Positions 36,801 through 45,427 of a stretch of 64,000 nt of DNA are shown piece after piece. Position numbers and translations under genes: made by a program. Each line of letters opens with the position of its first letter. Position 1 is the stretch's first letter. The notes under the pieces were generated by a model. It was not told the DNA's origin and did no database searches. It worked only from the letters and a program-made list of their open reading frames with translations. The stretch is taken from positions 64,001 to 128,000 of IMG/VR virus record IMGVR_UViG_3300029288_000082. One strand, 5' to 3'. The stretch is from a virus. Lineage: Duplodnaviria > Caudoviricetes.

Positions 36801-37791
36801 GATCGAACACCCCCTGGAGCAACTGCGTGCCCTTCACCGCGTCGCGCGACCCCACCTCGATGATGTTCACCGCCTCGTCCATCCCCACGCCCAGCTTGGT
36901 CATCCATTGGAACAGCGGAGAGTCATCAAGGGACCCGATGCCGTACTTCATCGCCCGCTCAATCGCAACCGCCTGATCCGCGAACATCTGGGCCGTCTGC
37001 TGGCCCAACTGGACCGCCTCCTCCTCGCTGCTGCCCATGGACCGGAACGCGCCCGAGAGGCGCACGGTGGACTCGGTGAGCGCCATCATCTCGTCGCCGC
37101 TACGCCGCATCTCCGGGGGCACCTTCTCGAACGTCTTGGCCAGGCCCTCCAGGTTGCCCTTGAGCTTCTTGAGCGGTTCCACGCCCACGCCCGCCTTGCG
37201 TCCCAAGTCGGTCAAGCGATTGATGTACTTGACCTCGTCCGCCGCGCTGGCCTGCCACCACGCCCCCAGGCCGCCCATGGCGTCGGTCAGCTGGTCCATC
37301 TCGATCCCGGTCGTCTCCGTGATCTTCACCCAGTCCTTGGCCGAGTACCCCAGCGCGTCCAGCGCCTCCTTGGCAGGCCCCGTCGCCTGGTTCATCCCCT
37401 TGAACACCTTCGCCACCGTCTCCGCGCCGACGTTCAGCGAGATCGCCATCGACGAGATCTGGCCCGTCATCCGCCGGGCTTCCTTGCCCGTCAGGTTCAG
37501 GGATGCCACAAACGGCTTGGCCGCCTTGGCGTTGGCCACGGCCATCGCCTCCAGGCTGTTGGTCAGGTTGCCCGTGTCGCCCGTCAGGGAGCGCACATCC
37601 GACGCGATGGAGGCGATGTTGAACTGCTTGATGCTCTCGAAGAACCCCGGGACGTCCGACTTCTTGGCGATCTTGGACTGGGTCTCCATCGTGTCGTTGA
37701 GCTTGTCCATGCTGGACTGCGCCGACGACATGGCGGCCTTCATCCCCACGTCCCGCGCCCCCATGCCCCATGAGATGCCCAGCAGGTTCAC
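33829..37791 (-). CDS. Tape measure protein
   Basis: 1320 aa helical, Trp-periodic repeats, hydrophobic segment; follows chaperone genes. Confidence 0.85.
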   Translation of the reverse strand: MNLLGISWGMGARDVGMKAAMSSAQSSMDKLNDTMETQSKIAKKSDVPGFFESIKQFNIASIASDVRSLTGDTGNLTNSLEAMAVANAKAAKPFVASLNLTGKEARRMTGQISSMAISLNVGAETVAKVFKGMNQATGPAKEALDALGYSAKDWVKITETTGIEMDQLTDAMGGLGAWWQASAADEVKYINRLTDLGRKAGVGVEPLKKLKGNLEGLAKTFEKVPPEMRRSGDEMMALTESTVRLSGAFRSMGSSEEEAVQLGQQTAQMFADQAVAIERAMKYGIGSLDDSPLFQWMTKLGVGMDEAVNIIEVGSRDAVKGTQLLQGVFDRFGTGGAQQQAMLSELSGALGEAANGLGYLAQRGDSGAKALERVSKITSDGKFSLKDYANQAFSTGRTLQESMDLMKSSFETKFRAIARKDVVRFVGDMGRAYNEVAAQTKQLASDETWGPLIKRLSAANQLGFRGLIMDLEGSNKEMAKFSAIVELAGSALGSVATSAGPVMSLFGQLSILTGPGGLLTRGLGGFIGKLGLIGLVIGGVVVGIKMLSKRGMDLGKVFSKALDWVGGLAGKIRDFLAKIDWAQVGKSIGSFVWNALTFIPKAIWGWITGKEAEGELGKAGTKFIENLGGAIWEAAKGLGKMLWGLGKEVVDSVSEWWDSWTWEDVKDSFSGMGDSIKGWWDGLQKDPEFSEFKLNVKEGLQDAGWAIEDWWYNFKNNFDDGMEHAVKKSKSLVKDINLEGAGEDAGSSLVSGIANGIRASTAVSQQIALQSVEYRKAALNELATFDSAELDTSWATTTAKWIGRARDSIMTAGEGAIRIAGVSTVGLTQTIAGMFGSGMDQASQEGDVSISRYFSNMLESMRNYIHGFALKVQKFIQEVSVGLQDIVLQLAYPEYAEKKGKELEAKLASERAKDMQDRLAQVKEGFEKHKKNWTAMVEGQGVAATGALEAFGIGTGADIAGEKKGKKQVEREQKWMAGWQAQADKLSVAAHQEAEAKKALSGLQGKDITTPEGLSALTQAETEAAKASAVLKGVQAQITKSAGAAGIKDDALTVGVKKAMDLIIRQEEVRAEAKIQMEEAQQRLTNVESQAQLAAQAAAQKVSEAFGQAAVGAMNAGAEVSLGFAGGMTEQPSIDAMVKGADIAAQTVADRLTSHSPILDGPLANVGAGGPADPAFNAGMALMESFASGITTSVDLVTQAVNDTLDASVYATFDAYKAKMEELARKKSLLADVANMMMRDFGGSLQSTVTVEGKTEDVKAQMRAMLNIPGMAGVTMAIINESAKQRAILDKIRANTETIAKSDLITRGKVGSGGEVVLGG

Positions 37792-37806
37792 CGATGCCTC
37801 CTACCA

Positions 37807-37822
37807 GCGAACACGTGTGCGC
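37807..37822. repeat. 16-bp palindromic site, copy 6
   Basis: GCGAACACGTGTGCGC. Confidence 0.9.
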
Positions 37823-37824
37823 TC

Positions 37825-38037
37825 CTACCTTCGCCTGCGCGCATGCCGCCGCGCGGATGCCGCCTGCTGCTCCGCCTGGGAGCGCCGCGACTCTTCGAGG
37901 CGCCCCTTCTGCTCCACGAACCGCTTGCGGCGGCTGTATGGCATGCCCATGATGCTGTCGTAGGTGCCACCTTGCAGCTCCATGAGGAAGAACACCTCGC
38001 TCTCCTGCGCCGCTAGGGCGCCGAGGGGAAGAAAAAA
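37825..38037 (-). CDS. Tail assembly chaperone, -1 frameshift extension
   Basis: Open -1 frame after the slippery site: FLPLGALAAQESEVFFLME...IMGMPYSRRKRF. Confidence 0.7.
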   Translation of the reverse strand, partial: FFLPLGALAAQESEVFFLMELQGGTYDSIMGMPYSRRKRFVEQKGRLEESRRSQAEQQAASARRHARRRR

Positions 38038-38870
38038 CTGGGCTGCCCCAGGTTCAAGTCGTCCCGCCACTCATGCTGACACGACGGACACGCAAAGTCT
38101 ACTACCGTGTCCACGTGGCCTTCGTACTGCTCGAAGAGGGCCCGGATCTCGTTGCGGTCCCGCGTGGGGAGCCCCTTCAGGCACGCCATGGCCTCCTTGT
38201 GCTTCCGATCGCGCTCGACGGGCACGCCGTCGATGGCCTCCACGCGCGTCAGCAGCCCCAGCGTCAGCGTGTCCTCCTTGCGCTTGCCCTTCGCGCTCAG
38301 CCACTCCTCGTCCGCCGCGGTCATGACGTGCCAGCGCACCACGCGCCCGGAGGACAGCGTGTGCTCCCACACCCGCTGCGTCCGATCCTGCATCGGCCGG
38401 ATCTCGACCTGCGCGAGGTCCAGCGTGTAGCGCACCTCGTCGCGGCATTCCGGGCTGGGGCACTGCACCTTGACCTCGTACTGGTCGCCCAGTGACACGC
38501 GCCGGATGGCCAGGAGGGCCACCATGCGATCGCTGGCCGTCAGCGCCGCCACCGCTGCGTTGAGCGCCGCCCGATCATCGATGTTGCCAAGCCGGTGCGT
38601 GCAGTTCAGGATGATCTGGTTGAGCCGCTGAAGCACCGGGCCCTTCGCCGTCAGCAGGTCCTCCTCGTACCCCGTCATCTCGCCCACCACCAGCTCGCTG
38701 TGCACGCTCCCCTCCCGGTCCAGGTAGCCGCACGGCAGCTCCACCGTCAGCACGGTGGGGCGGATATCGGACCGATCCCAGTCCTGCTGCACCGCTGCCA
38801 GCTTCTCCTTGGTCGGCACGATCGGCGCCTCCGGCGCCCCCTGCTCGCCCTTCTGATCCTGATCCGTCAT
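38013..38870 (-). CDS. Tail assembly chaperone (gp26-like, two CxxC-type motifs)
   Basis: ELPCG, GYEED, CPSPEC, CPSC, ends SFFFP; upstream of tape measure. Confidence 0.75.
   Translation of the reverse strand: MTDQDQKGEQGAPEAPIVPTKEKLAAVQQDWDRSDIRPTVLTVELPCGYLDREGSVHSELVVGEMTGYEEDLLTAKGPVLQRLNQIILNCTHRLGNIDDRAALNAAVAALTASDRMVALLAIRRVSLGDQYEVKVQCPSPECRDEVRYTLDLAQVEIRPMQDRTQRVWEHTLSSGRVVRWHVMTAADEEWLSAKGKRKEDTLTLGLLTRVEAIDGVPVERDRKHKEAMACLKGLPTRDRNEIRALFEQYEGHVDTVVDFACPSCQHEWRDDLNLGQPSFFFPSAP
38031..38037 (-). other. Programmed -1 frameshift heptamer T TTT TTC
   Basis: In-frame X XXY YYZ heptamer just before the chaperone stop; downstream ORF is in the -1 frame. Confidence 0.75.
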
Positions 38871-39061
38871 TGCTCTTGCACCTTTCTATGTGCCCGCTGC
38901 GCATCCAGCGACAGCAGCTCTGCTTCGGCGCGGCGCTCCTGCCGCACCCAGCCGACGATCAACTCGCGCACCACGTCCGAGAGCGACCGCCCCAGGCGAT
39001 CCGCGCGATCCCGGAACTCCACCAGCACGTCCTCTTGGATTTCCATATTGAGCCTCGACAT
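38867..39061 (-). CDS. Ribbon-helix-helix DNA-binding protein
   Basis: MSRLNMEIQEDVLVEFRDRADRLGRSLSDVVRELI; GGAGG RBS. Confidence 0.75.
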   Translation of the reverse strand: MSRLNMEIQEDVLVEFRDRADRLGRSLSDVVRELIVGWVRQERRAEAELLSLDAQRAHRKVQEQ

Positions 39062-39138
39062 GCTACCTCCTGCGCACAGTCTACGCATGATCTGCGCACG
39101 CGGTCAACCATCCGGCCCCAAAAAAGTGCAGGCATAGG

Positions 39139-39170
39139 GTTGACAAACGCAATGGAGGCATTATTATAGT
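39139..39170 (+). promoter_or_regulatory. Sigma70-type promoter P3
   Basis: GTTGACAAACGC; TATTAT at 16 nt or TATAGT at 19 nt spacing. Confidence 0.7.
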
Positions 39171-39215
39171 CCCAAGATGCCGGGCGCTAAGCCCAGGCCA
39201 ACCGAGGAGGATCCA

Positions 39216-39353
39216 ATGAAGATCGAACGCATCCGACGCCGGGTCATGCAGATCACCTACGACGGCCGCTCCCCGGAGATGGAGGCCCGGGCCAGCGCGC
39301 TCGCGCTCGCGCTGGGCGCGCGCGGCTACACCGTGACGCTGGTGAAAGCGTAG
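39216..39353 (+). CDS. Small hypothetical protein, 45 aa
   Basis: GAGGAGG RBS; MKIERIRRRVMQITYDG... Confidence 0.6.
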   Translation: MKIERIRRRVMQITYDGRSPEMEARASALALALGARGYTVTLVKA

Positions 39354-39363
39354 GGAACTGGAC

Positions 39364-39379
39364 GCGCACACGTGTGCGC
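39364..39379. repeat. 16-bp palindromic site, copy 7
   Basis: GCGCACACGTGTGCGC, perfect. Confidence 0.9.
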
Positions 39380-39430
39380 ATGATCGTGCCCACAACGGTG
39401 CCACGCACCGTTCAACCAGGAGGAGAAGCC

Positions 39431-40219
39431 ATGAACGAGACCGAGACCCCCAAGACGATCGACGGGCTGATCGTGGAGCTGCAGGAGGCCGAGGAGCGCC
39501 GCGACGACGCCCTGGCCGACTACGGCCGCGTGCTCCAGGAGAAGCTGGCGCTGGAGGCGACCTGCGAGACCCTGCAGGTGCTCGTGGCCTCCGCCGAGGG
39601 GGCCGCCACGGGGTACAAGGCCGCGGTCGCCGACCTCGCGGCCCGGCTCCAGCTGGCCGAGGCCGAGCGCGACGCGCGCGCCCTGGACGAGGAGTGGCGG
39701 GCCAAGCGCATCGAGATCCAGAAGCTCCGCGACAAGTGCGAGCAGATGCGCAAGAACCTGATCGCCGTGGACGCCCGGGCGGACGAGCGGTACGAGGCGC
39801 GCGTCGTCGAGATCTGCGCCGAGCGCGACCGGGCCATCGCCGCCGCCCAGGCCGACGCAGCTGCCCAGATCGCCACCGCGGAGGCCGGCGTCGCGGAGCG
39901 CATCGCCACGATCCGGGCCGAGGCCGCCCAGACCATCACCGAGCGCTGCGCCCAGTCCGATGCCGCCGCGCGGCTGGCCACGGTCGCGCACGGGGAGGCC
40001 GACGCCCGGGCCGCCGCCGCCACGCAGCGGGCCGAGATCGCGGAGCGCAACCTGGCCATGGTCCGCCAGGCCAACGTCCACCGGGTCGATGCCCTTCGGG
40101 ACGCGGTGGCCCTGACGTTCGCCTGGGAGCGGCGCGACACGCGAAAGGTCAAGTCGGCGGACGACCTGATGCAGCAGCTCCAGAAGACGCTGTACCAGGC
40201 GATCGCCGTGGCGCGGTAG
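39431..40219 (+). CDS. Long coiled-coil protein
   Basis: AGGAGGAG RBS; A/E/R-rich helical sequence. Confidence 0.75.
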   Translation: MNETETPKTIDGLIVELQEAEERRDDALADYGRVLQEKLALEATCETLQVLVASAEGAATGYKAAVADLAARLQLAEAERDARALDEEWRAKRIEIQKLRDKCEQMRKNLIAVDARADERYEARVVEICAERDRAIAAAQADAAAQIATAEAGVAERIATIRAEAAQTITERCAQSDAAARLATVAHGEADARAAAATQRAEIAERNLAMVRQANVHRVDALRDAVALTFAWERRDTRKVKSADDLMQQLQKTLYQAIAVAR

Positions 40220-40290
40220 GTGCGGAGGATCCCCCCTCCCCCTGGGCAGAACCTGCGAGGTCCGGCATGGCCGGGCGAAGGAGAAGAAAG

Positions 40291-40512
40291 ATGGACCGCA
40301 GCGACTTGGGAACCGACACGACCCTGGTGATCAACCTCGACGCCGAGATCTGGGCGGCCTGCCCCGACGAGCCCCTCAGCGCGGCCCCCCCGCTGCGCCT
40401 GGCGCCCGACCTGCGCTGGCGCGACCTCTACGACGAGGACGAGCCGGGATGCCTGTTCGACCGCTACCCGCGCACCGGCCGGGCCCGCAGCCGCCGGCGG
40501 CACGCCGCGTAA
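40291..40512 (+). CDS. Small hypothetical protein
   Basis: AAGGAG RBS; MDRSDLGTD... Confidence 0.55.
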   Translation: MDRSDLGTDTTLVINLDAEIWAACPDEPLSAAPPLRLAPDLRWRDLYDEDEPGCLFDRYPRTGRARSRRRHAA

Positions 40513-40515
40513 CCA

Positions 40516-40920
40516 CTACTGCGCAGGAGACAGCACGGGATCGGCGGCTGGATCGACGGTGGGATCGGGGGCGGGCCCGGGCGCCTCCTCGGCCTGGGCC
40601 ATGCCCCGCAGGGCGGTCCGCACGGACGCGGCGCTGGCGCCGCTCACCTTGCCGCCCACCCGCTGGAGGCAGTTCACGATCACGGGGTAGAGCGCCTGCC
40701 GCAGCTCCGCCAGGACGGCCCCCGCGTCCCCCTCCTTGCCCACCACGGCCTGGAGGCGGGGCTTGACCTGGCTCCCTCCCAGCAGCGCCTCCAGGAGGCG
40801 CTCCACCTCCGCCTGGCTGGTGCGGAACGCGGGCGCGCCCTCCTCCAAGGACTCCTGGCGGGGCTCCCGAGTGGACTCCCGCATGAGCTGCCGCAACTGC
40901 CGTGCCTTCTCCGTCAACAT
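40516..40920 (-). CDS. Putative internal head protein
   Basis: LRQLMRE-S and SLEE-G motifs near N-terminus. Confidence 0.5.
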   Translation of the reverse strand: MLTEKARQLRQLMRESTREPRQESLEEGAPAFRTSQAEVERLLEALLGGSQVKPRLQAVVGKEGDAGAVLAELRQALYPVIVNCLQRVGGKVSGASAASVRTALRGMAQAEEAPGPAPDPTVDPAADPVLSPAQ

Positions 40921-40942
40921 CGTCGCACCGTCCTTTCGTTCA

Positions 40943-41686
40943 CTAGCTGCGGGCCGCGCCCTTCAGCTCGCGCGCGCCCTTGGAGAGCACCCCTGCCGAC
41001 ACCGTGGCCCCGGCCGCCGCCAGCGCCTTGGCCACCAGCGCCTCCAGCGGGCCCTGGATCATGCCCGCGAACATCTGCGCCTGCCCCTCGTCGTCGAAGG
41101 TCCGGGTGAGCAGCACCTCCAGCTTGGGCGCCCCCAGCATGGCCTCCGCCATCCGCCCCACGACGCCCGCGCTGACCGCCTCGTCCACGCCATCCAGCTC
41201 GCGCAGGATGTCCTCGAAGCGAACCCCCATTGGGGCGCGCGCCGGAGCGGATGGCGCAGCAGCACCGGGCCTCTGGGCAACTGTCTTCTTCTCTGCCTTC
41301 CTCTTTTTCTCCCGAGCCTTGTTCACTTTGAGCAAGGTATTTTTTTGCCCCCGTTCAAAGTGACCGACCACACTGGCCTTCACACACTTCCCGAAGACCA
41401 TCTTCATTCCAGGCGGACACCCGCGCCCCAGCGCCTCGTCCATCTCCTCCTGCGTCGCCCCCGGAGCCGCCCCCTTGGCCCGGGCGATCTTGGCGCACAG
41501 CGCCTCCGGGTCGTCCACGCCGCCCTTACAGCGCATAAACTCGACGCAGCTCTGGAAGCGCTCCCCCTTCTCCCCCTTGAACCGGCCCGTCTCCGAGTCG
41601 ATGTACTTGGCCTTGCACGGCTCGTCGGCCTCGGCCATCAGCACTTCCACCTCGACCTGCTCCAGGATCTCTCGCATGCTTCCCAT
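40943..41686 (-). CDS. Putative internal head protein
   Basis: MREILEQVE..LMAE-A; several E-A motifs separating basic modules. Confidence 0.55.
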   Translation of the reverse strand: MGSMREILEQVEVEVLMAEADEPCKAKYIDSETGRFKGEKGERFQSCVEFMRCKGGVDDPEALCAKIARAKGAAPGATQEEMDEALGRGCPPGMKMVFGKCVKASVVGHFERGQKNTLLKVNKAREKKRKAEKKTVAQRPGAAAPSAPARAPMGVRFEDILRELDGVDEAVSAGVVGRMAEAMLGAPKLEVLLTRTFDDEGQAQMFAGMIQGPLEALVAKALAAAGATVSAGVLSKGARELKGAARS

Positions 41687-41851
41687 GATCCATTCCTCCA
41701 GATCCCTACGGGGATCCCGTAGGCGAAACCGCGGGCAGCGGCGCGCCGGTGCTCACCGACACGGGCAGCGGGACAATCCCGCTGGTCTGACGTAAGCGCG
41801 GGTCCCGCCGACGGCGCCGACGTTTTCCCTGCTGCATGTCCACGATACCCT

Positions 41852-42202
41852 TCACCGACCTCGCTCCCGTGGCCGCAGGGCCACCTCCGCTCCGCGATCC
41901 GTGCGCTGCGCATCCGCGCGATCAACATCTTCCACCATCGCGAAGATCTTGGCAAGCTGCTGGGCTACCATCATGGCGTGGCGCCCCTCGATCTGCATCG
42001 TGATCGCCATGGGTCCCGCCGGCGTGGGGCGCGCTGCAAACCTATAACTGGACACCAGCCGCCCCCGCACCGCGCGCTCCCCACGCATGCGCAGGAAGCT
42101 CAGCAACCGGCTCTCCGTGCGCGTGAGGGCGCGCTCCTTTGCTGCCGCGACCGGGGGAACCTCGTCCAGGAGCGCCCGCAGGCGCTCGCTCTCGCGGGCC
42201 AT
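41852..42202 (-). CDS. Hypothetical protein
   Basis: MARESERLRALLDE-V; follows the amidase. Confidence 0.5.
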   Translation of the reverse strand: MARESERLRALLDEVPPVAAAKERALTRTESRLLSFLRMRGERAVRGRLVSSYRFAARPTPAGPMAITMQIEGRHAMMVAQQLAKIFAMVEDVDRADAQRTDRGAEVALRPRERGR

Positions 42203-42204
42203 GC

Positions 42205-42885
42205 TCACGGGATCGCATCCATGAGATGGTCCAGCAGGTAGCGGCCATCTGCATGCCCAGCGAAGTCGCGGTGCGCCACGATGCCAGGGCCCGGCTTCGC
42301 GGACCACCCCAGTGGGGGCTTGCGCCACCCCCGGATCCGCGGCTGGGGCGCCCCCAGGTCGCGCGTGGGGAACACCACGGGGATCCCCAGGTGGTCGCAC
42401 AGCCAGGGCACCAGGACCACCGTCACCGCCAGCTGGATCGGCAGCGGAGTCACGTAGAGGCGCTTGGCCCCCTTGGGCACCCAGCACCACCACGGCGCCG
42501 ACACGATGATGCCGTGCGGCTCCCGCGCCAGCTCCGGCCGGTACGGGTTCACCACCTCCAGGCCCACCGACACCTTGTTGACCTGCCCCGCGTGCCAGCA
42601 CACCTCCGTCGCCAAGTCCGCGTGGTTGTGGATCACGCCGTCCTTCCCCAGCACGAGGTGGATGCCCAGCTTGCGGCGCCGGATCGTGTCCGCGCAGCCC
42701 GTCGCCGAGTTGCCCGCCGTCTCGTGCAGCACGAAGGTGGTCAGCAGCTTCAGGCGCTCGGCGTTGGCCAGGTGCGGCTCGCCGTCGTCCTTCCAGTTGC
42801 GCGCCGTGCCCCCCGCCTCCAGCACGATCCGTGGCAGCGGCAAGCGCTCGCCACGCACGATGAGGTTGTTCGATGGCTCGCTCAA
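42205..42885 (-). CDS. N-acetylmuramoyl-L-alanine amidase (Amidase_2), likely endolysin
   Basis: VLHETAG, IHLVL..DG, WHAG..N..SVGLE, VAHRD; TTG start after AGGAGG. Confidence 0.85.
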   Translation of the reverse strand: MSEPSNNLIVRGERLPLPRIVLEAGGTARNWKDDGEPHLANAERLKLLTTFVLHETAGNSATGCADTIRRRKLGIHLVLGKDGVIHNHADLATEVCWHAGQVNKVSVGLEVVNPYRPELAREPHGIIVSAPWWCWVPKGAKRLYVTPLPIQLAVTVVLVPWLCDHLGIPVVFPTRDLGAPQPRIRGWRKPPLGWSAKPGPGIVAHRDFAGHADGRYLLDHLMDAIP

Positions 42886-43313
42886 ATGACACCTCCTGCC
42901 TTCCGGATGCGCCGGAACGCCCGGACCATGGACCGCAGCGGCACGCTGCCCTCCGCCGTCCACTGGACCGCCGTCAGGACCATGCCCACGCCCACGAGGT
43001 CGGCATCCTCGGGCGCCTCCACGGCCCCGAGCTTCCCCTCCTTCTCGAACCAGAATCCGTAGGCGTCCCGCGTCCAACGCACGGTCGCCGTTGCGGGCCC
43101 CGCCGGATCGTGGGGCACCAGGACGACCACGCGCAGGTCGCCCACCTCCTTGCCCTTGGGCCCCCGCAGGCGCGAGGCGAAGCGCGCCGTCGCCCGGGCC
43201 ACCCCGTCGGACGGCCGCTGTGGCAGGCGCGCCCGGGCCGCCAGGCGGCGGTCGAAGATCGCCTCCATGATGCGGTCAAGAATGCCCGCCGCTACTGCCG
43301 TCCGCGCATCCAC
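42882..43313 (-). CDS. Hypothetical protein
   Basis: 143-aa ORF packed in the operon. Confidence 0.55.
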   Translation of the reverse strand: MDARTAVAAGILDRIMEAIFDRRLAARARLPQRPSDGVARATARFASRLRGPKGKEVGDLRVVVLVPHDPAGPATATVRWTRDAYGFWFEKEGKLGAVEAPEDADLVGVGMVLTAVQWTAEGSVPLRSMVRAFRRIRKAGGVI

Positions 43314-43314
43314 G

Positions 43315-43620
43315 TCAGATCTTCCCGGCCTTGCGCTTCGCGCTCAGCTCCCGCCGCAGCCCCTCCGGACTGGTGTCCTTCTTCCGGGCCTTCTTCATGG
43401 CCTTCGGCATGCCAAGTGGCTCCCCGCCGTCGTCCGGGAAGAAGATCTCGCTGCCGTTCACCGTGCGCCAGTGCCCCTTCTTGCCCTGGAACTCCCACGT
43501 GTCGTCGCCGACCTTCTTGGAGACCGTCCTGCGCTTGGCCTTCCGCAGCGCATTCCAGAGCTTCTCCGCGCCCCCCGCCTCCTCCAGCGCCTCGAACACC
43601 TGCTCCATCGTCACCGACAT
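43315..43620 (-). CDS. Putative internal head protein, basic
   Basis: MEQVFEALEE-A leader; GHWRTVNGSEIF motif. Confidence 0.6.
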   Translation of the reverse strand: MSVTMEQVFEALEEAGGAEKLWNALRKAKRRTVSKKVGDDTWEFQGKKGHWRTVNGSEIFFPDDGGEPLGMPKAMKKARKKDTSPEGLRRELSAKRKAGKI

Positions 43621-43624
43621 GGCA

Positions 43625-44539
43625 TCACCCTGCTTTCCAGGAGGCGAAGAGCTTCTGGGCCTGCTTCAGCATGGCCTCCAGCGCGTCCACCTCCTCGTCG
43701 TGCTGCTTGTTCAGCTCCTCGCGCTCGCGCTTGTCCTTGGCATCCATCGGCGTCCCAGCCCCGTAGATGCGCGCCCGCAGATGCTGGATCTCCTGCCAGT
43801 GCCGCTGCAGCTCGGACAGCGCAAGCGAGAACCGCGCCCCCTCCCGGCTCTCCTCCATCAGCGCCCGCTTGGGATCGGCCGCCGCCGCCTCTGGGATCGT
43901 CACGCGCACGGTCTTCCCCGCGCTGTGCTTCACCGGGTAGGTCGGCACCCGGCCCGAGTTGCTGAACCACGCCCGCACGCCGTCCAGCAACGCCTGGGCC
44001 TTGTCCTCCAGCGCGTGCATGGCAGCCTCGTGCTGCTTCCAGTTCTTTTTGGCCTCCTGCAGCGCGACCTCCTTCCACGCATCGCCCAACCCATTCACGA
44101 TGCTAGCCAGTGCGGCCTGGGACCCGTGCGACGCTTCTGGCGCTGGCACGCCAGCCAGCGATGCCAGATCCTTGGCGATCCACTTGCCGTCCCGCGCGCT
44201 GTCAAGCACCCTTCGAACAGCCCGGTCGATCTTGAACTTGTCGATGGGCTTGTCAGACGGAAGCTCGTCGATCACGGCATCCGCGAAGTGGCGGCCGCCC
44301 TTCCCATCCAGGAACTCCCGGATGGCCTTGGATGGGATGCCCTGATACTTCTGCACGAACACCCGGAACGCTCCGTTCCACGCCTCATCCGGAGGTACAG
44401 ATCCAGACGGAGCGTCTGATAGTCTGCTCGACATTGTCCCGAAGAACCCCCACGACGTGTTCTCCGTGGGCAACACCTGCCCCTGCCGCTTCCCTACCGC
44501 TTCGCAGATCTGCTGCCCCAGCTGCCGCAACGTTCCCAT
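43625..44539 (-). CDS. Putative internal head protein, multi-module
   Basis: LRQLGQQICE-A leader; internal LQE-A and LMEE-S. Confidence 0.6.
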   Translation of the reverse strand: MGTLRQLGQQICEAVGKRQGQVLPTENTSWGFFGTMSSRLSDAPSGSVPPDEAWNGAFRVFVQKYQGIPSKAIREFLDGKGGRHFADAVIDELPSDKPIDKFKIDRAVRRVLDSARDGKWIAKDLASLAGVPAPEASHGSQAALASIVNGLGDAWKEVALQEAKKNWKQHEAAMHALEDKAQALLDGVRAWFSNSGRVPTYPVKHSAGKTVRVTIPEAAAADPKRALMEESREGARFSLALSELQRHWQEIQHLRARIYGAGTPMDAKDKREREELNKQHDEEVDALEAMLKQAQKLFASWKAG

Positions 44540-44558
44540 CAGCTTCTCCTTTTTCTCA

Positions 44559-44574
44559 GCGAACACGTGTTCGC
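44559..44574. repeat. 16-bp palindromic site, copy 8
   Basis: GCGAACACGTGTTCGC, perfect. Confidence 0.9.
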
Positions 44575-44580
44575 CATCTA

Positions 44581-45417
44581 CTACGCGCGCTCCTCCAGCA
44601 CACGGAACACGTCCTCCATCGACTCCTTGCGGACCCGCGCCTTCCCCTTGCTCCTCCCCTTGGGCGCCGCCCCGCGCTTGGGCGCCACGGCCGGCGCACC
44701 CTTCTTCTTGCCCGGGGCCGCCCCCTTCTTAGCGGGGGCCTTCCGGGCGCCCTTCGCGGGCGCCGCAGCGGCCTGGGGAGCCCGCTTCTTGGCCGGCGCC
44801 TTCGCCGCGCCGCCCGGGCCGTACGACGCCGCCCGGGCTCCCTTGCCCGCTCGCTCCTGCGCGCGCGCGGCCTGCCCGGACGCGAACGCGTGCGTCTCGC
44901 CTGCCCGGGACGCCGCTTGGTAGGTCCCCTTGGCCGCCGCGTAGGACGCCTTGCCAGCGGCCCGCCCCTTCACGTCGCGCACCTTCTTGGCCGCCTGCCG
45001 GGCCTGCTTGCCCGCCTGTGTGAAGCGGAAGCTGTGCGCCTGCACCCCCCGCTTGGCCGTGACGGCCGCCTTGCCCACGGCCTTGGCCGCGCCCGCGACC
45101 CCCTTGCCCACCTTCACGATCTTGCCGAAGACCATCTTGGTCCCGGGCGGCAGCTTCTTCTTGACGGCCGCCGCCTTGCCCTTGAGCCAGCTGCCCAGCC
45201 CCTCCAGCGCCAGCTCCTGCTGCGCCGTCAGCGGGCCATCCGCAGCCGCCTCCAGCAGGTCCGCCAGGAAGTCCAGCCGATCCGCGTCCGCCTCCTCGAA
45301 GAGATCTGCCAGCATGTCGCCGTCCGCCTCCATGAGGAGCGCCAGCGCCTCCTCCCCCTCGACCTCGAACAGCGGCCCCCCCTCGATTCCCTCAAACACG
45401 TCCTGCATCGTCCTCAT
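44581..45417 (-). CDS. Histone H1-like Lys/Ala-rich protein with acidic N-terminal region
   Basis: About 70 acidic N-terminal residues, then AKAPAKK/APAKKGAAP-type repeats. Confidence 0.7.
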   Translation of the reverse strand: MRTMQDVFEGIEGGPLFEVEGEEALALLMEADGDMLADLFEEADADRLDFLADLLEAAADGPLTAQQELALEGLGSWLKGKAAAVKKKLPPGTKMVFGKIVKVGKGVAGAAKAVGKAAVTAKRGVQAHSFRFTQAGKQARQAAKKVRDVKGRAAGKASYAAAKGTYQAASRAGETHAFASGQAARAQERAGKGARAASYGPGGAAKAPAKKRAPQAAAAPAKGARKAPAKKGAAPGKKKGAPAVAPKRGAAPKGRSKGKARVRKESMEDVFRVLEERA

Positions 45418-45427
45418 GGCGACCCTC

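Noticed and set aside
41720-41800. Hammerhead ribozyme (CGAAAC and CTGACG nearby)
   Set aside because: The core reads CUGACGU rather than CUGANGA and I could not build the three stems.
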